DNA of 63,904 nucleotides, filler included, from Octopus bimaculoides (GCF_001194135.2; 9 parts of 7 records of this genome joined end to end with filler, not necessarily neighbours in it); one strand, 5' to 3'; positions 23,086-33,729 are shown, counted from the first letter of the whole stretch. A program made the numbers and translations. The notes: generated by a model from the sequence alone, not told the origin.

Positions 23086-24618
23086 TCATGAACGATTGCA
23101 GATCTCTGAAACTAGGTCTTCATCCCAGAAAGCGCGATTAACTTTTAGAAATAGTTGCATTTCTAAATTCATTGGTGTTAAGTATTGCCAAAAATCATTA
23201 AAAGCATAACCTTCTGAGCTGAAGAAACGTTCCAAGATGTTGGATGTTGGTAACAAAAATCTACAGTTCAGATACTGCTGAGGTGAAATCTTATTTTTTT
23301 TCTGTTTTTTCAAACAAATTGTAGCAAAATCATCATCTTCTACAGGTAAATCAGACTGTTGTGACATGTCTGTCACCACTTTCAGCTGATGTAGAGCAGC
23401 CACTTCATCTGCAGTTAGCTCTGCTTCTGCATGTTGTAAAATTTTCACAGCTCCACTTTCAAAATTTGGGCTGTGCACAATGGCTGCCAATGGAAGCAAA
23501 TATTTTTTAAACTCCTCATAAGGATACAATGCAAGAATTTCGTCAAAAAGAATTCGAGCATCTCCCAAATCTATTTCTGTTCTTTGCAAGGCAACTGTTA
23601 CTGAGCGTAACTTTCCTAAATTGTCTTTCAGAGTCTGCAGATCATTATGATCGAGTTGAGTCAATAGATAATTAACCAGCTTTGGATCGCCTTGAAAAGA
23701 GTCTAAAAACGGCTTGAGTTGGATGTACCTTTCAATCATGTCATAAGTACTGGACCAACGGGTTTTATTTCTTTGTATAGGTTGCAAAGGCGTTTTTTCC
23801 TGAAGTTTACCTGCCAGTTTTAATGACTTTAGCTTGCCCATCAACGTATTAATTTTATTAAGCAGAACTTCCTGCTTATCAAGATAAGCAGAAACAGCTA
23901 GATTGAATTTATGAAAGGCACATCCAATCAATGGTATTCTACACAAATTTGCTATAGATTTATTCACTTCAGTATTGTCACCAGTAATAGCAACAACATT
24001 TTCTAAATTTTTGTTATAGACACTTAACACATACTCTATAAATTCAACATAATCAGAAGCAGTGAATGATGTTTCACTTACCATTGGTGAAAATGCCAGC
24101 AAAACAGTACAATAGTCATTTTGATAATTACACGAATACGATGCAAAAAGTCCAATGAAATGTGTCGAACCCTTAGTCCAACCGTCAATTACCAACAAAA
24201 ATTTACTTGGAAGTTCATCAGATATTTTCTTTTCCACTTCTTGAGTAAGTTTCTCCATGTATTTCTTTAAGGTTACATTTGTCATACTTCCCAAGTTCGT
24301 GTACTTATGAGTCAGTGGGTCTTCAGTAAAGGAAAATGGTTTTAAACCAACACATACCCACTCAATCCAACCATAAACATTTAAAGCTGAGCGACTGACC
24401 AAACTATTTCTTGGTGAAAGAAAACTTGATGAAGATGGTTGTCCAGTTGCTTGTGTTGTAGAATACTCTGGGTGCTGATTTTTTATATGATTCATAAGGT
24501 TTGTCCACCCAGTTCCTTTTTTCTGGGTCAACTTTTTTCCACACTTGCATTTCCATACATGTTCACTATCTGTTTGGTTAAAATATTTTCTGACAATTTG
24601 CTCATTTTCACGCGGCAT
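23086..24618 (-). CDS. hAT-family transposase (510 aa)
   Basis: BED-type finger (WKCKC...NLMNHIKNQH), catalytic IDGWT and TGDN, CxxH (CAFH), RW motif (TRWSSTYDM), and PTSNILERFFS with the catalytic E in the dimerisation domain. No stops or frameshifts. Confidence 0.92.
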   Translation of the reverse strand: MPRENEQIVRKYFNQTDSEHVWKCKCGKKLTQKKGTGWTNLMNHIKNQHPEYSTTQATGQPSSSSFLSPRNSLVSRSALNVYGWIEWVCVGLKPFSFTEDPLTHKYTNLGSMTNVTLKKYMEKLTQEVEKKISDELPSKFLLVIDGWTKGSTHFIGLFASYSCNYQNDYCTVLLAFSPMVSETSFTASDYVEFIEYVLSVYNKNLENVVAITGDNTEVNKSIANLCRIPLIGCAFHKFNLAVSAYLDKQEVLLNKINTLMGKLKSLKLAGKLQEKTPLQPIQRNKTRWSSTYDMIERYIQLKPFLDSFQGDPKLVNYLLTQLDHNDLQTLKDNLGKLRSVTVALQRTEIDLGDARILFDEILALYPYEEFKKYLLPLAAIVHSPNFESGAVKILQHAEAELTADEVAALHQLKVVTDMSQQSDLPVEDDDFATICLKKQKKNKISPQQYLNCRFLLPTSNILERFFSSEGYAFNDFWQYLTPMNLEMQLFLKVNRAFWDEDLVSEICNRS

Positions 24619-24772
24619 GGGTTAGTTTAAAATAAAAGATATTTCACTACAGTTTAAAATAGAAGATATTTCACCACACTACTGATGAAAAAGTCTAATT
24701 CAGTTAATATATTGGAGCGAAATTCAAGATACAACTGCGTTGCAGGCGAAGTTACGATTTAATGACTTGAAG

Positions 24773-25010
24773 ACAGAATGTGTGAATCATTCTTGGCAGA
24801 ACCAAGAATCACTCGACAGCGATTATTTGACAACATACACAATAGCCAATTCCCAAACATCACAGAATGTGTGAATCATTCTCGGAAGTCCTAACCAAGC
24901 GTCAACACTTGGCAGCGGTTATTTGACAACACACACAATAGCCAATTCTTAAGCACGACAGAATGTGTGAACTATTCTCAGCAGTCAGAACAAAACGTCA
25001 ACACAATACT
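24773..25010. repeat. about 2.5-copy tandem repeat (89-96 bp unit) inside the hAT, upstream of the transposase ATG
   Basis: acagaatgtgtgaa recurs at 24773, 24862 and 24958; ttatttgacaaca.acacaatagccaattc recurs twice. Confidence 0.9.
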
Positions 25011-25418
25011 TCCAATAATAATTAAACGTCGAATGGAGTATGAGCCATTTGAAAATTTTCCGCTGACAATGTTGCAATTAATTGATATGATAGCAACCAA
25101 TTATTTAATTGGCAATATGACTCCAATCAATTAATTGAACCAATATAGTGCAATTAATTTTTCATCAATTAATTTTTTTACAACTCCTGGTCTCAGGTCA
25201 CAACAGCAACATTTCACACCAATTCCATCACAAATTTATAGAAGCAGGATTACATCCATCCTATGTAACAACTTCCTTTAAAAGATGATAAATATTGATG
25301 ATACATCTGAAGAAATACTTTTATACCAATGTCATCTGATATTTCTGAAATAATAGAGAAACAGTATAAGATAAAGGGGATATCTAAAAGTAGATTCAAT
25401 GATGGAAAATTTACTACA

Positions 25419-25624
25419 TTTCAACAGTTGCAAGAGAAATACCTAGCCAAGGATAAACCTCTGTACCTGGCTTTCGTTGACATGGAGAAAGCCTTTGACA
25501 GGGTCCCCCGATCCCTTATCTGGTGGTCAATGAGGAAACTTGGGATAGAAGAATGGCTAGTGAGAGCTGTGCGAGCCATGTACAGAGATGCGGCCAGTAA
25601 GGTGAGGGTTGGAAATGAGTACAG
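25419..25624 (+). mobile_element. RTE-clade LINE RT fragment (5'-truncated, runs into a gap)
   Basis: Reads QLQEKYLAKDKPLYLAFVDMEKAFDRVPRSLIWWSMRKLGIEEWLVRAVRAMYRDAASKVRVGNEY with no lesions. Abuts the ZNF-C intron. Confidence 0.9.
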
Positions 25625-25724
25625 NNNNNNNNNNNNNNNNNNNNNNNNNNNNNNNNNNNNNNNNNNNNTTAATTAATTAANNNNNNNNNNNNNNNNNNNN
25701 NNNNNNNNNNNNNNNNNNNNNNNN

Positions 25725-26545
25725 GGACGAACGGCAATTTTGACCTCGGTGGAATTTCAACACAGAAAATAAAGGATCATTTCTAAATATCACTCTGAAA
25801 ATTCTTTAAGTTTACCGCCAGAATGTGTGTGTGTGTTGTGCGCATGCGCTATAACAATCGACTCCATTTTTAAATTTTTTTATTTTACAGGGTGCTTTTA
25901 TCGGACTCGAAAGGATGAAAAGCAAAATCATATTTCCGGGTATTTCAAACCCCGTAATAATAAAGGTTTCAAGTTTGAATTCAAGTCTAGTAATTACAAG
26001 GGAAAGGGTAGAGTCGATTACATCGATACTTGAATGGTACTTAATAAAGTTCTTGACTCTGCAAGGCTGAAAGATGGGTTCTGAACTCAGAACGTAAAGA
26101 ATCAGAAGAAATGCCACTGGACACGTTTACGATTATATCAGTTTGCCGCCTTACACTCTGTATGATTTCAAATTTTGGTACAAGGCCAGCAATTTCGAGG
26201 GTGGGGTATAAGTCGATTACATCGATCCCAGTGTTCAACTGGTACTTATTTTAACGACCCCGAAGGGATGAAAGGTAAAGTCGACTCCGGCGAAATTTGA
26301 ACTCAGAACGTAGCGACGGACGAAAATGCCTCGAAGCATTTTCGTGAGCATGCTAACGATTCTGCCTGTTCACCGCTTTTAAACCCTGTATTAATAGTAA
26401 TAACAGCTGTTTCAAAGTTAGGCACATGGCAAGAAATTAGGTGTTACAAGTTGGGGCAACAGTTAATTGTATCGACTCCATCACCTTTCCGATACTTTAT
26501 TTATCGACCATGGGAGAATGAGAAGTAAATTTTCCCTAGGCGAGA
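25725..26545 (-). mobile_element. cluster of 4-5 decayed SINE family B copies
   Basis: Repeated aagtcgattacatcga, actggtactta, gaactcagaacgta and aaagtcgac motifs, all reverse complement of 37014-37245. Confidence 0.7.
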
Positions 26546-26681
26546 TTTAAATACAGAAAGTAAAGGACTATAAATATCTGATGAGTTTTGTTCGACTCCT
26601 TAAACCAGCGTTCTTCATATTTTTTTGCCATTCCTACTTCGAAGTTCCGAGAAAAGAAAATGTGTGCTCTATCATGAACGG

Positions 26682-26723
<42 letters not shown>

Positions 26724-27061
26724 NNNNNNNNNNNNNNNNNNNNNNNNNNNNNNNNNNNNNNNNNNNNNNNNNNNNNNNNNNNNNNNNNNNNNNNNNNNNN
26801 NNNNNNNNNNNNNNNNNNNNNNNNNNNNNNNNNNNNNNNNNNNNNNNNNNNNNNNNNNNNNNNNNNNNNNNNNNNNNNNNNNNNNNNNNNNNNNNNNNNN
26901 NNNNNNNNNNNNNNNNNNNNNNNNNNNNNNNNNNNNNNNNNNNNNNNNNNNNNNNNNNNNNNNNNNNNNNNNNNNNNNNNNNNNNNNNNNNNNNNNNNNN
27001 NNNNNNNNNNNNNNNNNNNNNNNNNNNNNNNNNNNNNNNNNNNNNNNNNNNNNNNNNNNNN

Positions 27062-27510
27062 AACCACTCATAATAAAAAGGAATACTGGTGGAATGTCCC
27101 AGTGAAGACTTCAATAAGATGTAAGCACAAGAGACCTGATATAATGATTTGGGATAGAGAAGAGAGAAAGTGTGCACAGGCAAGCGCAGCGTGGACGGAA
27201 ACCACACGTCGAGCAAAAGGGCAATTAGCTGCCCAGCAGATGTTAACATAAAGCTGAAGATCAGTGAAAAAGAGAACACCTATACTGAACTATGGAGAAA
27301 CCTGTGATTACTCTATTCAGATAACAAGTTCAGGTTTATACCTGCAATTTTTGGTTTCCTGGGATATGTAACATGCTGCCTAAATACGAATCTTGAGAAA
27401 TTAGGCTTCTCAAAACCAGAGAGGAGAAAGCTAATTCGAAGACTATAGATCTAATCCATCACTGGAACTGTAAAAATCTGTAAAACTTTCCAGAAGTTTA
27501 TCATTTAAAT
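27062..27510 (+). mobile_element. R4/Dong-type (RLE) non-LTR retrotransposon 3' end
   Basis: Encodes WWNVPVKTSIRCKHKRPDIMIWDREE (PD-D endonuclease), SCPADVNIKLKISEKENTY, FRFIPAIFGFLGYV and SITGTVKICKTF, with stops. Confidence 0.8.
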
Positions 27511-27844
27511 ATATATGAGCATGTCTAGATATGCAACTATATGCATGAGAATACATACATAAAACAAACAAATCTGCACATACATACATACATACATACA
27601 TGCATACAAGCAAAAATACACTGTTGCTGATAATGAAATTCCAATGAATGAGCCTTGGATCTAGGTTAGAAACTGGTTCTTTCTCTATTGGCAAGTAATC
27701 TTGATATATACATACATATGTGTATGTATGTATATATATATATATATATGTAACATTTATCAATGAGGGTAGAAATTGATATTAATCAATTAAAACCAGT
27801 GGTCTAGCATATTAAAAAAATCCGAAGATTAAAATTATATTACA

Positions 27845-28278
27845 TACAAAATAAGAGGAATGACCAGCAAAAGCGGACTCCTGTATGCTAGAAATAGATG
27901 CCCAATCATCTAACCACGAAAGCGCGCCAGATTGAGGACATTTGAAAGGATACACTGAATGTAATTTGTAGAACTCTACACGTGCTCCCTTTCGGGTGGA
28001 CGTCTTGTGTCTAGTTCGGGAAATTATATTTTAAATCGACAGACTACGCTGATGATCCTGCAGATATTTACTTATGTAAATTTTAACAGGTGAAACCATG
28101 GTACGTAGGTTAATCGTTTTTTTTTATTTAGTATTTTTTCATTTGTTTTGCCCTTTTACAGTCTGTTGCGTCGCTAAATTTTTACCGAGGACATATTTTT
28201 TTCGTGGTTAGATGATTTGGCATCTATTTCTAGCATATAGGAGTCCACTTTTGCTGGCCATTCCTCTTATTTTTGTAT
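27845..28278. mobile_element. MITE with about 76-bp TIRs, TA-flanked (Tc1/mariner-type)
   Basis: 27845-27920 (tacaaaataagaggaatgaccagcaaaagcggactcc...ccacgaa) matches the reverse complement of 28201-28278 with few mismatches. Confidence 0.85.
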
Positions 28279-28404
28279 ATATATATATGTATATATATAT
28301 ATATNNNNNNNNNNNNNNNNNNNNNNNNNNNNNNNNNNNNNNNNNNNNTTAATTAATTAANNNNNNNNNNNNNNNNNNNNNNNNNNNNNNNNNNNNNNNN
28401 NNNN

Positions 28405-28811
28405 TATTGAGCGGTGTTCCGCAAGGAACTGTCCTGGGGCCACTACTGTTCATATTGGCCCTTCTGGACATACACACGGTCACTCGGAGAGCCACTCACT
28501 AGCTACGCTGATGACACAAAACTATCTCAGGCAATAAAGAATCCTGATGATATTGTAAGCCTACAGAATGACCTAAATGCAATATATGAGTGGGCAGAGC
28601 AAAATAATATGCAGTTCAATGCGGAAAAATTTCAAGTACTGCGCTACAAGGCTACAAGTGCCTCCCAACTGGCATACACAGGACCTGGAGGTACTGCAAT
28701 CCCAGAACCACAAGCAGTAAGAGACCTGGGCATCAACATGTGTAGTGATGCATCATTTCACATGCACATTGTCAAGTTGACAGCAAAGTGCAGACAACTG
28801 GCAGGGTGGAT
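28405..28811 (+). mobile_element. CR1/L2-group LINE RT fragment (isolated between gaps)
   Basis: Encodes SGVPQGTVLGPLLF, SYADDTKL and LQNDLNAIYEWAEQNNMQFNAEKFQVLRY. Same family as 47740-49385. Confidence 0.9.
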
Positions 28812-29644
28812 NNNNNNNNNNNNNNNNNNNNNNNNNNNNNNNNNNNNNNNNNNNNNNNNNNNNNNNNNNNNNNNNNNNNNNNNNNNNNNNNNNNNNNNNN
28901 NNNNNNNNNNNNNNNNNNNNNNNNNNNNNNNNNNNNNNNNNNNNNNNNNNNNNNNNNNNNNNNNNNNNNNNNNNNNNNNNNNNNNNNNNNNNNNNNNNNN
29001 NNNNNNNNNNNNNNNNNNNNNNNNNNNNNNNNNNNNNNNNNNNNNNNNNNNNNNNNNNNNNNNNNNNNNNNNNNNNNNNNNNNNNNNNNNNNNNNNNNNN
29101 NNNNNNNNNNNNNNNNNNNNNNNNNNNNNNNNNNNNNNNNNNNNNNNNNNNNNNNNNNNNNNNNNNNNNNNNNNNNNNNNNNNNNNNNNNNNNNNNNNNN
29201 NNNNNNNNNNNNNNNNNNNNNNNNNNNNNNNNNNNNNNNNNNNNNNNNNNNNNNNNNNNNNNNNNNNNNNNNNNNNNNNNNNNNNNNNNNNNNNNNNNNN
29301 NNNNNNNNNNNNNNNNNNNNNNNNNNNNNNNNNNNNNNNNNNNNNNNNNNNNNNNNNNNNNNNNNNNNNNNNNNNNNNNNNNNNNNNNNNNNNNNNNNNN
29401 NNNNNNNNNNNNNNNNNNNNNNNNNNNNNNNNNNNNNNNNNNNNNNNNNNNNNNNNNNNNNNNNNNNNNNNNNNNNNNNNNNNNNNNNNNNNNNNNNNNN
29501 NNNNNNNNNNNNNNNNNNNNNNNNNNNNNNNNNNNNNNNNNNNNNNNNNNNNNNNNNNNNNNNNNNNNNNNNNNNNNNNNNNNNNNNNNNNNNNNNNNNN
29601 NNNNNNNNNNNNNNNNNNNNNNNNNNNNNNNNNNNNNATATATA

Positions 29645-29752
29645 TATATATATACGACGGGCTTCTTTCAATTTTCTGTCTACCAAATCCACTGACGAGG
29701 CTTTGGTCGGCCGGAGGCTATAGTGGAAGACACTTGCCCAAGCTCTGGCGTC
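29645..29752 (-). mobile_element. SINE family A fragment
   Basis: cgacgggcttc...ccaaatccact..aggctttggtcggcc...gaagacacttgcccaag is reverse complement of the family A 5' half. Confidence 0.8.
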
Positions 29753-29754
29753 CT

Positions 29755-30000
29755 TTCGATCCCATGTTCGGCGGACAATCCGACATTTATGCTTCCGTAT
29801 CGCCATCAGCGAAACAAGATTCTCCAACCTGCCGGCCCTCGAGCCCAGGTTCGCCGGACAATTCGACATCTATGCCCCTCCGTGTCTGCCGAGAATGGGC
29901 GATGGTGATAATGCGGTTGTTTTTTTTCGAAAGGGTCAGGATCTCAAAGTAAGGGCAGTATTCCCAGACCCGGAGAGCAGGTTTGGTCGTCTTGGATGTC
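29755..30000 (+). mobile_element. probable L1/Tx1-type APE endonuclease fragment
   Basis: One frame reads IAISETRFSN...AVVFFRKGQDLKVRAVFPDPESR, then after +1 VVLDV, resembling APE motifs (xQET; GVAILxxK; DxxGRxxxxxx). It contains an internal 83-bp-spaced duplication. Confidence 0.5.
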
Positions 30001-30309
30001 GATGATGATGATGATTGCAATGATGATGATGATGATGATAATGATGGTAATGGTTGATGATTATGATGATGAGGACAATGATTATGTTGCTGCTGCTGCT
30101 GCTACTGACGATGATGATGATAGCAACGGTGTTGATGACGATGTTGTTGTTACTGTTGGTGCTGTTTCTGCCCCTGATGATACTAAGGTTGTTGATGATG
30201 ATGAGGATGAGGATGCTGATGCTGATGATGATGATGAGGATGCTGATGATAATTGTGATGATGATGACGACGACGACAACGATGGTGATGGTGGTGGTGG
30301 TGGTGGTGG

Positions 30310-30356
<47 letters not shown>

Positions 30357-30436
30357 ATGATGGCGACAGCAAATGAATCTTTTGATCGTATTAAGAGAAA
30401 ATGCTTGACAGGACAGGAAAGGCTGAGAGAGAGAGA

Positions 30437-30497
<61 letters not shown>

Positions 30498-30987
30498 AGA
30501 GAGAGAGGGATGAAAAAGCAAAGATGGTGGAAGTGATGGAGAAGTGAATGCATTGAAGGGAAACACCTTTGAGGAAGAACAAGAAGAACAACAATAACGA
30601 CGACTTCGACGACTCCACCACCACCAACAACAACACCAGCAATGGGGCAGGAAAACTGATGATGATAACAATAACAACAACAACAACAACAATAATAATA
30701 ACAATAATAATAATAATAATAATGATAATAATAAAACTTGGTTGAAAAGGAAAAAAAACGCACAACTATCATCATCGCCATGACCACCACTACCGTTACC
30801 GCCAACGCCATTGCTACCATGAACTGTACCACCACCACCACCACCATCACCACCTTCACTACCATTGCCATCACCATCGACCTCAGCACCAACGTCGTCA
30901 CTATCATCATCATCATCATTGTCATAGTTATCGCCACCAACACCAACGCCAACGCCATCATCATCATCATCATCCTCATCATCACAA
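30000..30987. repeat. compound microsatellite: (GAT/GGT/GTT)n - (AG)n - (AAC/AAT)n - (ACC/ATC)n
   Basis: Directly visible. Source of the poly-M/D/I/H ORFs in the track. Confidence 0.95.
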
Positions 30988-31963
30988 NNNNNNNNNNNNN
31001 NNNNNNNNNNNNNNNNNNNNNNNNNNNNNNNNNNNNNNNNNNNNNNNNNNNNNNNNNNNNNNNNNNNNNNNNNNNNNNNNNNNNNNNNNNNNNNNNNNNN
31101 NNNNNNNNNNNNNNNNNNNNNNNNNNNNNNNNNNNNNNNNNNNNNNNNNNNNNNNNNNNNNNNNNNNNNNNNNNNNNNNNNNNNNNNNNNNNNNNNNNNN
31201 NNNNNNNNNNNNNNNNNNNNNNNNNNNNNNNNNNNNNNNNNNNNNNNNNNNNNNNNNNNNNNNNNNNNNNNNNNNNNNNNNNNNNNNNNNNNNNNNNNNN
31301 NNNNNNNNNNNNNNNNNNNNNNNNNNNNNNNNNNNNNNNNNNNNNNNNNNNNNNNNNNNNNNNNNNNNNNNNNNNNNNNNNNNNNNNNNNNNNNNNNNNN
31401 NNNNNNNNNNNNNNNNNNNNNNNNNNNNNNNNNNNNNNNNNNNNNNNNNNNNNNNNNNNNNNNNNNNNNNNNNNNNNNNNNNNNNNNNNNNNNNNNNNNN
31501 NNNNNNNNNNNNNNNNNNNNNNNNNNNNNNNNNNNNNNNNNNNNNNNNNNNNNNNNNNNNNNNNNNNNNNNNNNNNNNNNNNNNNNNNNNNNNNNNNNNN
31601 NNNNNNNNNNNNNNNNNNNNNNNNNTAATTATAATTATAATTATAATTATAATTATAATTATAATTATAATTATAAATTTATATATATACACAAACACAC
31701 AGACATGACAGGACTAAATAGACACCCCATAAAACATCGTTTTATGTTTATTCTAACTTATAAAGGTTTATATTTTTTTTTAATTAATTAACAGTTTTAT
31801 GTTTCGGGTTCTGTATGTGACTGTTTAATCATGCAATGTACAAAAGAAGCCTTGGAACTGTCTNNNNNNNNNNNNNNNNNNNNNNNNNNNNNNNNNNNNN
31901 NNNNNNNTTAATTAATTAANNNNNNNNNNNNNNNNNNNNNNNNNNNNNNNNNNNNNNNNNNNN

Positions 31964-32016
<53 letters not shown>

Positions 32017-33129
32017 CATATATATATATACATATATATGAATATATGTATGTATATATAGTGACGCATATATTGGTGTATACCATATGCATATATTGGT
32101 ACACATCATATGCATATATATATATTATATATATCACATGCATATCATATATATATATATATATTTATCATTTTAATAATTATAAAGTTCATGTAATAGA
32201 AAAGCAAATATGTGTGCTAAGCTCTTACCCATCATCATTATTAAATTACATTTGTTATATTCCTCATTATGAGTTCAAATCCTGGCAAGCATGACTTTGT
32301 TTTTCATCTCTCCAGGTTTAATCAAATAAATCCTAGATATATTCTCTGATCAATCCAAGTGATTACATCATTCTCTAGAAATTCCAGACCTTATGCCAAT
32401 GTTATCAATCAATATCTACAAAGTGTTTTACTAAAGAATGCTTGCATATAAACATGAGATTACAATGTGATTTTCTCTTTTTTTTTTCTGTGTAAAACTT
32501 AAAATATTCACTGAAGAGCTAATCAGACATGAAGATAATAGGGATTTGACTAAATCTCTCCCCATAGAAAATTCCAAGCCATCTTAACATATATTTAACA
32601 TGTCTTACAAGACTTTAACTCAACTAATAACCAATCTTTATAAAACAATAATTTTTACTATATTTCTTGTTATTCTTTTGTTTCTTTGTTACTTTTCTTT
32701 TTGGTTAAGATACTATTTAGAGCAAAGTAATATGGCTTTCTTTGATGGAATTATTTCCAATCCTTTTCAAACAGACTGGACTCAACATATAAAAAAAAAA
32801 AGATCAACAGAAAACATAATTTTTTAGGTTAAGCTGACACTTGGAACTCAAAAAATGGACAAAAACAAAATAAAACAATTGTTTCATGTACTGCCTAAGA
32901 TTTCAGACATTAAAATGGTATTCAAGAAGAAAATAAACAAACAATCGAAAATAAACAAGAGTGGAGGTAAGAGGTATTCAAAATAGAGAGGGGGAGAGAA
33001 AATATATGAAAGAAAACCAAATAAACAGAAATAGTAACCAAACATGTTGCTGTTGCTATTAGTTGTATTAATAAAAGACAACAAAAGTGGTAGTAATAAT
33101 AATAATAATTCTGTTTAATTTTTGGAACA

Positions 33130-33325
33130 AGACCAGCAATTTTGAAGGGAGGGAGCAAGTTGAGTACTAAGGATCCCAGTACTTGACTGGTACTTTATTT
33201 TATCAACCTTGAATGGGTGAAAGGTGAAGCTGACCTTGGCAGGATTTCAATTCAAAACAGAAGTCGCAAGTAATGCTGCTAAGCTTTTTGCCTGACACAC
33301 TAACAATTCTGTCAGCTTGCCACCT
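33130..33325 (-). mobile_element. SINE family B (diverged)
   Basis: cccagtacttgactggtactttattttatc...gaaaggtgaagctgaccttggcaggatttcaattc matches the reverse complement of family B. Confidence 0.7.
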
Positions 33326-33354
33326 TAATAATAATAGTAATAATAACAATATTG

Positions 33355-33510
33355 TTATAAAGTTATAAGTGCTGCTTTAGTAGGGATTGTTGTCTTGAGG
33401 TTGAGTGAAAATAAATCTCCAATCTCAAGAATCTTTCTTAGAATTCTTGCAGAATACAGGATGACACTTTTCAGCAAATACATGTCTCAATTCCAATATC
33501 TCCCAGTCTC
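33355..33510 (-). mobile_element. R4/Dong-type LINE extreme 3' fragment
   Basis: Minus strand reads approximately RLGDIGIETCI..KSVILYSARILRKILEI, the typical RLE C-terminus, followed by an AAT-type tail. Confidence 0.5.
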
Positions 33511-33676
33511 TATTTTTATTATTATTACACCAAACTCAACTTTGCCTAACATCTTTTTGGGATCAATGAAATAAGTACCAGTTGAACACTAGGGTCGATA
33601 TAATTGACTAGCCCTTTCGCCACAAATTTCAGGCCTTATACCTCAAGTAAAAAGAATCATCATCATCATCATTATA

Positions 33677-33729
<53 letters not shown>

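Larger units (their letters stand above)
22736..25189 (-). mobile_element. full-length hAT DNA transposon (2454 bp)
   Basis: 8-bp TSD gtctcagg at 22728-22735 and 25190-25197. TIR caggggttgtaaa vs caggagttgtaaa (12/13). The empty site atggtctcaggtcac is preserved in ZNF-B at 16861-16875. Confidence 0.95.
22044..25418 (-). pseudogene. ZNF-C pseudogene (duplicate of ZNF-B lacking the finger array, interrupted by the hAT element)
   Basis: 22044-22472 is homologous to the ZNF-B 3' flank (13961-14400). 22473-22735 and 25190-25418 are homologous to ZNF-B 16476-17098. ATG at 22644 (MKNEFCEKSVQIKTD*) with a 2-bp frameshift; acceptor AG at 25345-25346. Confidence 0.9.

Noticed and set aside
28405-28811. 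CR1 contig as the misplaced missing piece of the gap in the 47740-49385 element
   Set aside because: The roughly 150-bp overlap shows 7 substitutions, so these are separate copies.
29936-31698. Long low-complexity ORFs (poly-M/D/H/I/L), also 43237-43557, 50240-50895, 57127-58832 and 61132-61870
   Set aside because: They are translations of microsatellites or N gaps, with no splice or domain evidence.
32600-32827. Hydrophobic ORF resembling a membrane protein
   Set aside because: AT-rich compositional artefact with no homology or splice support.
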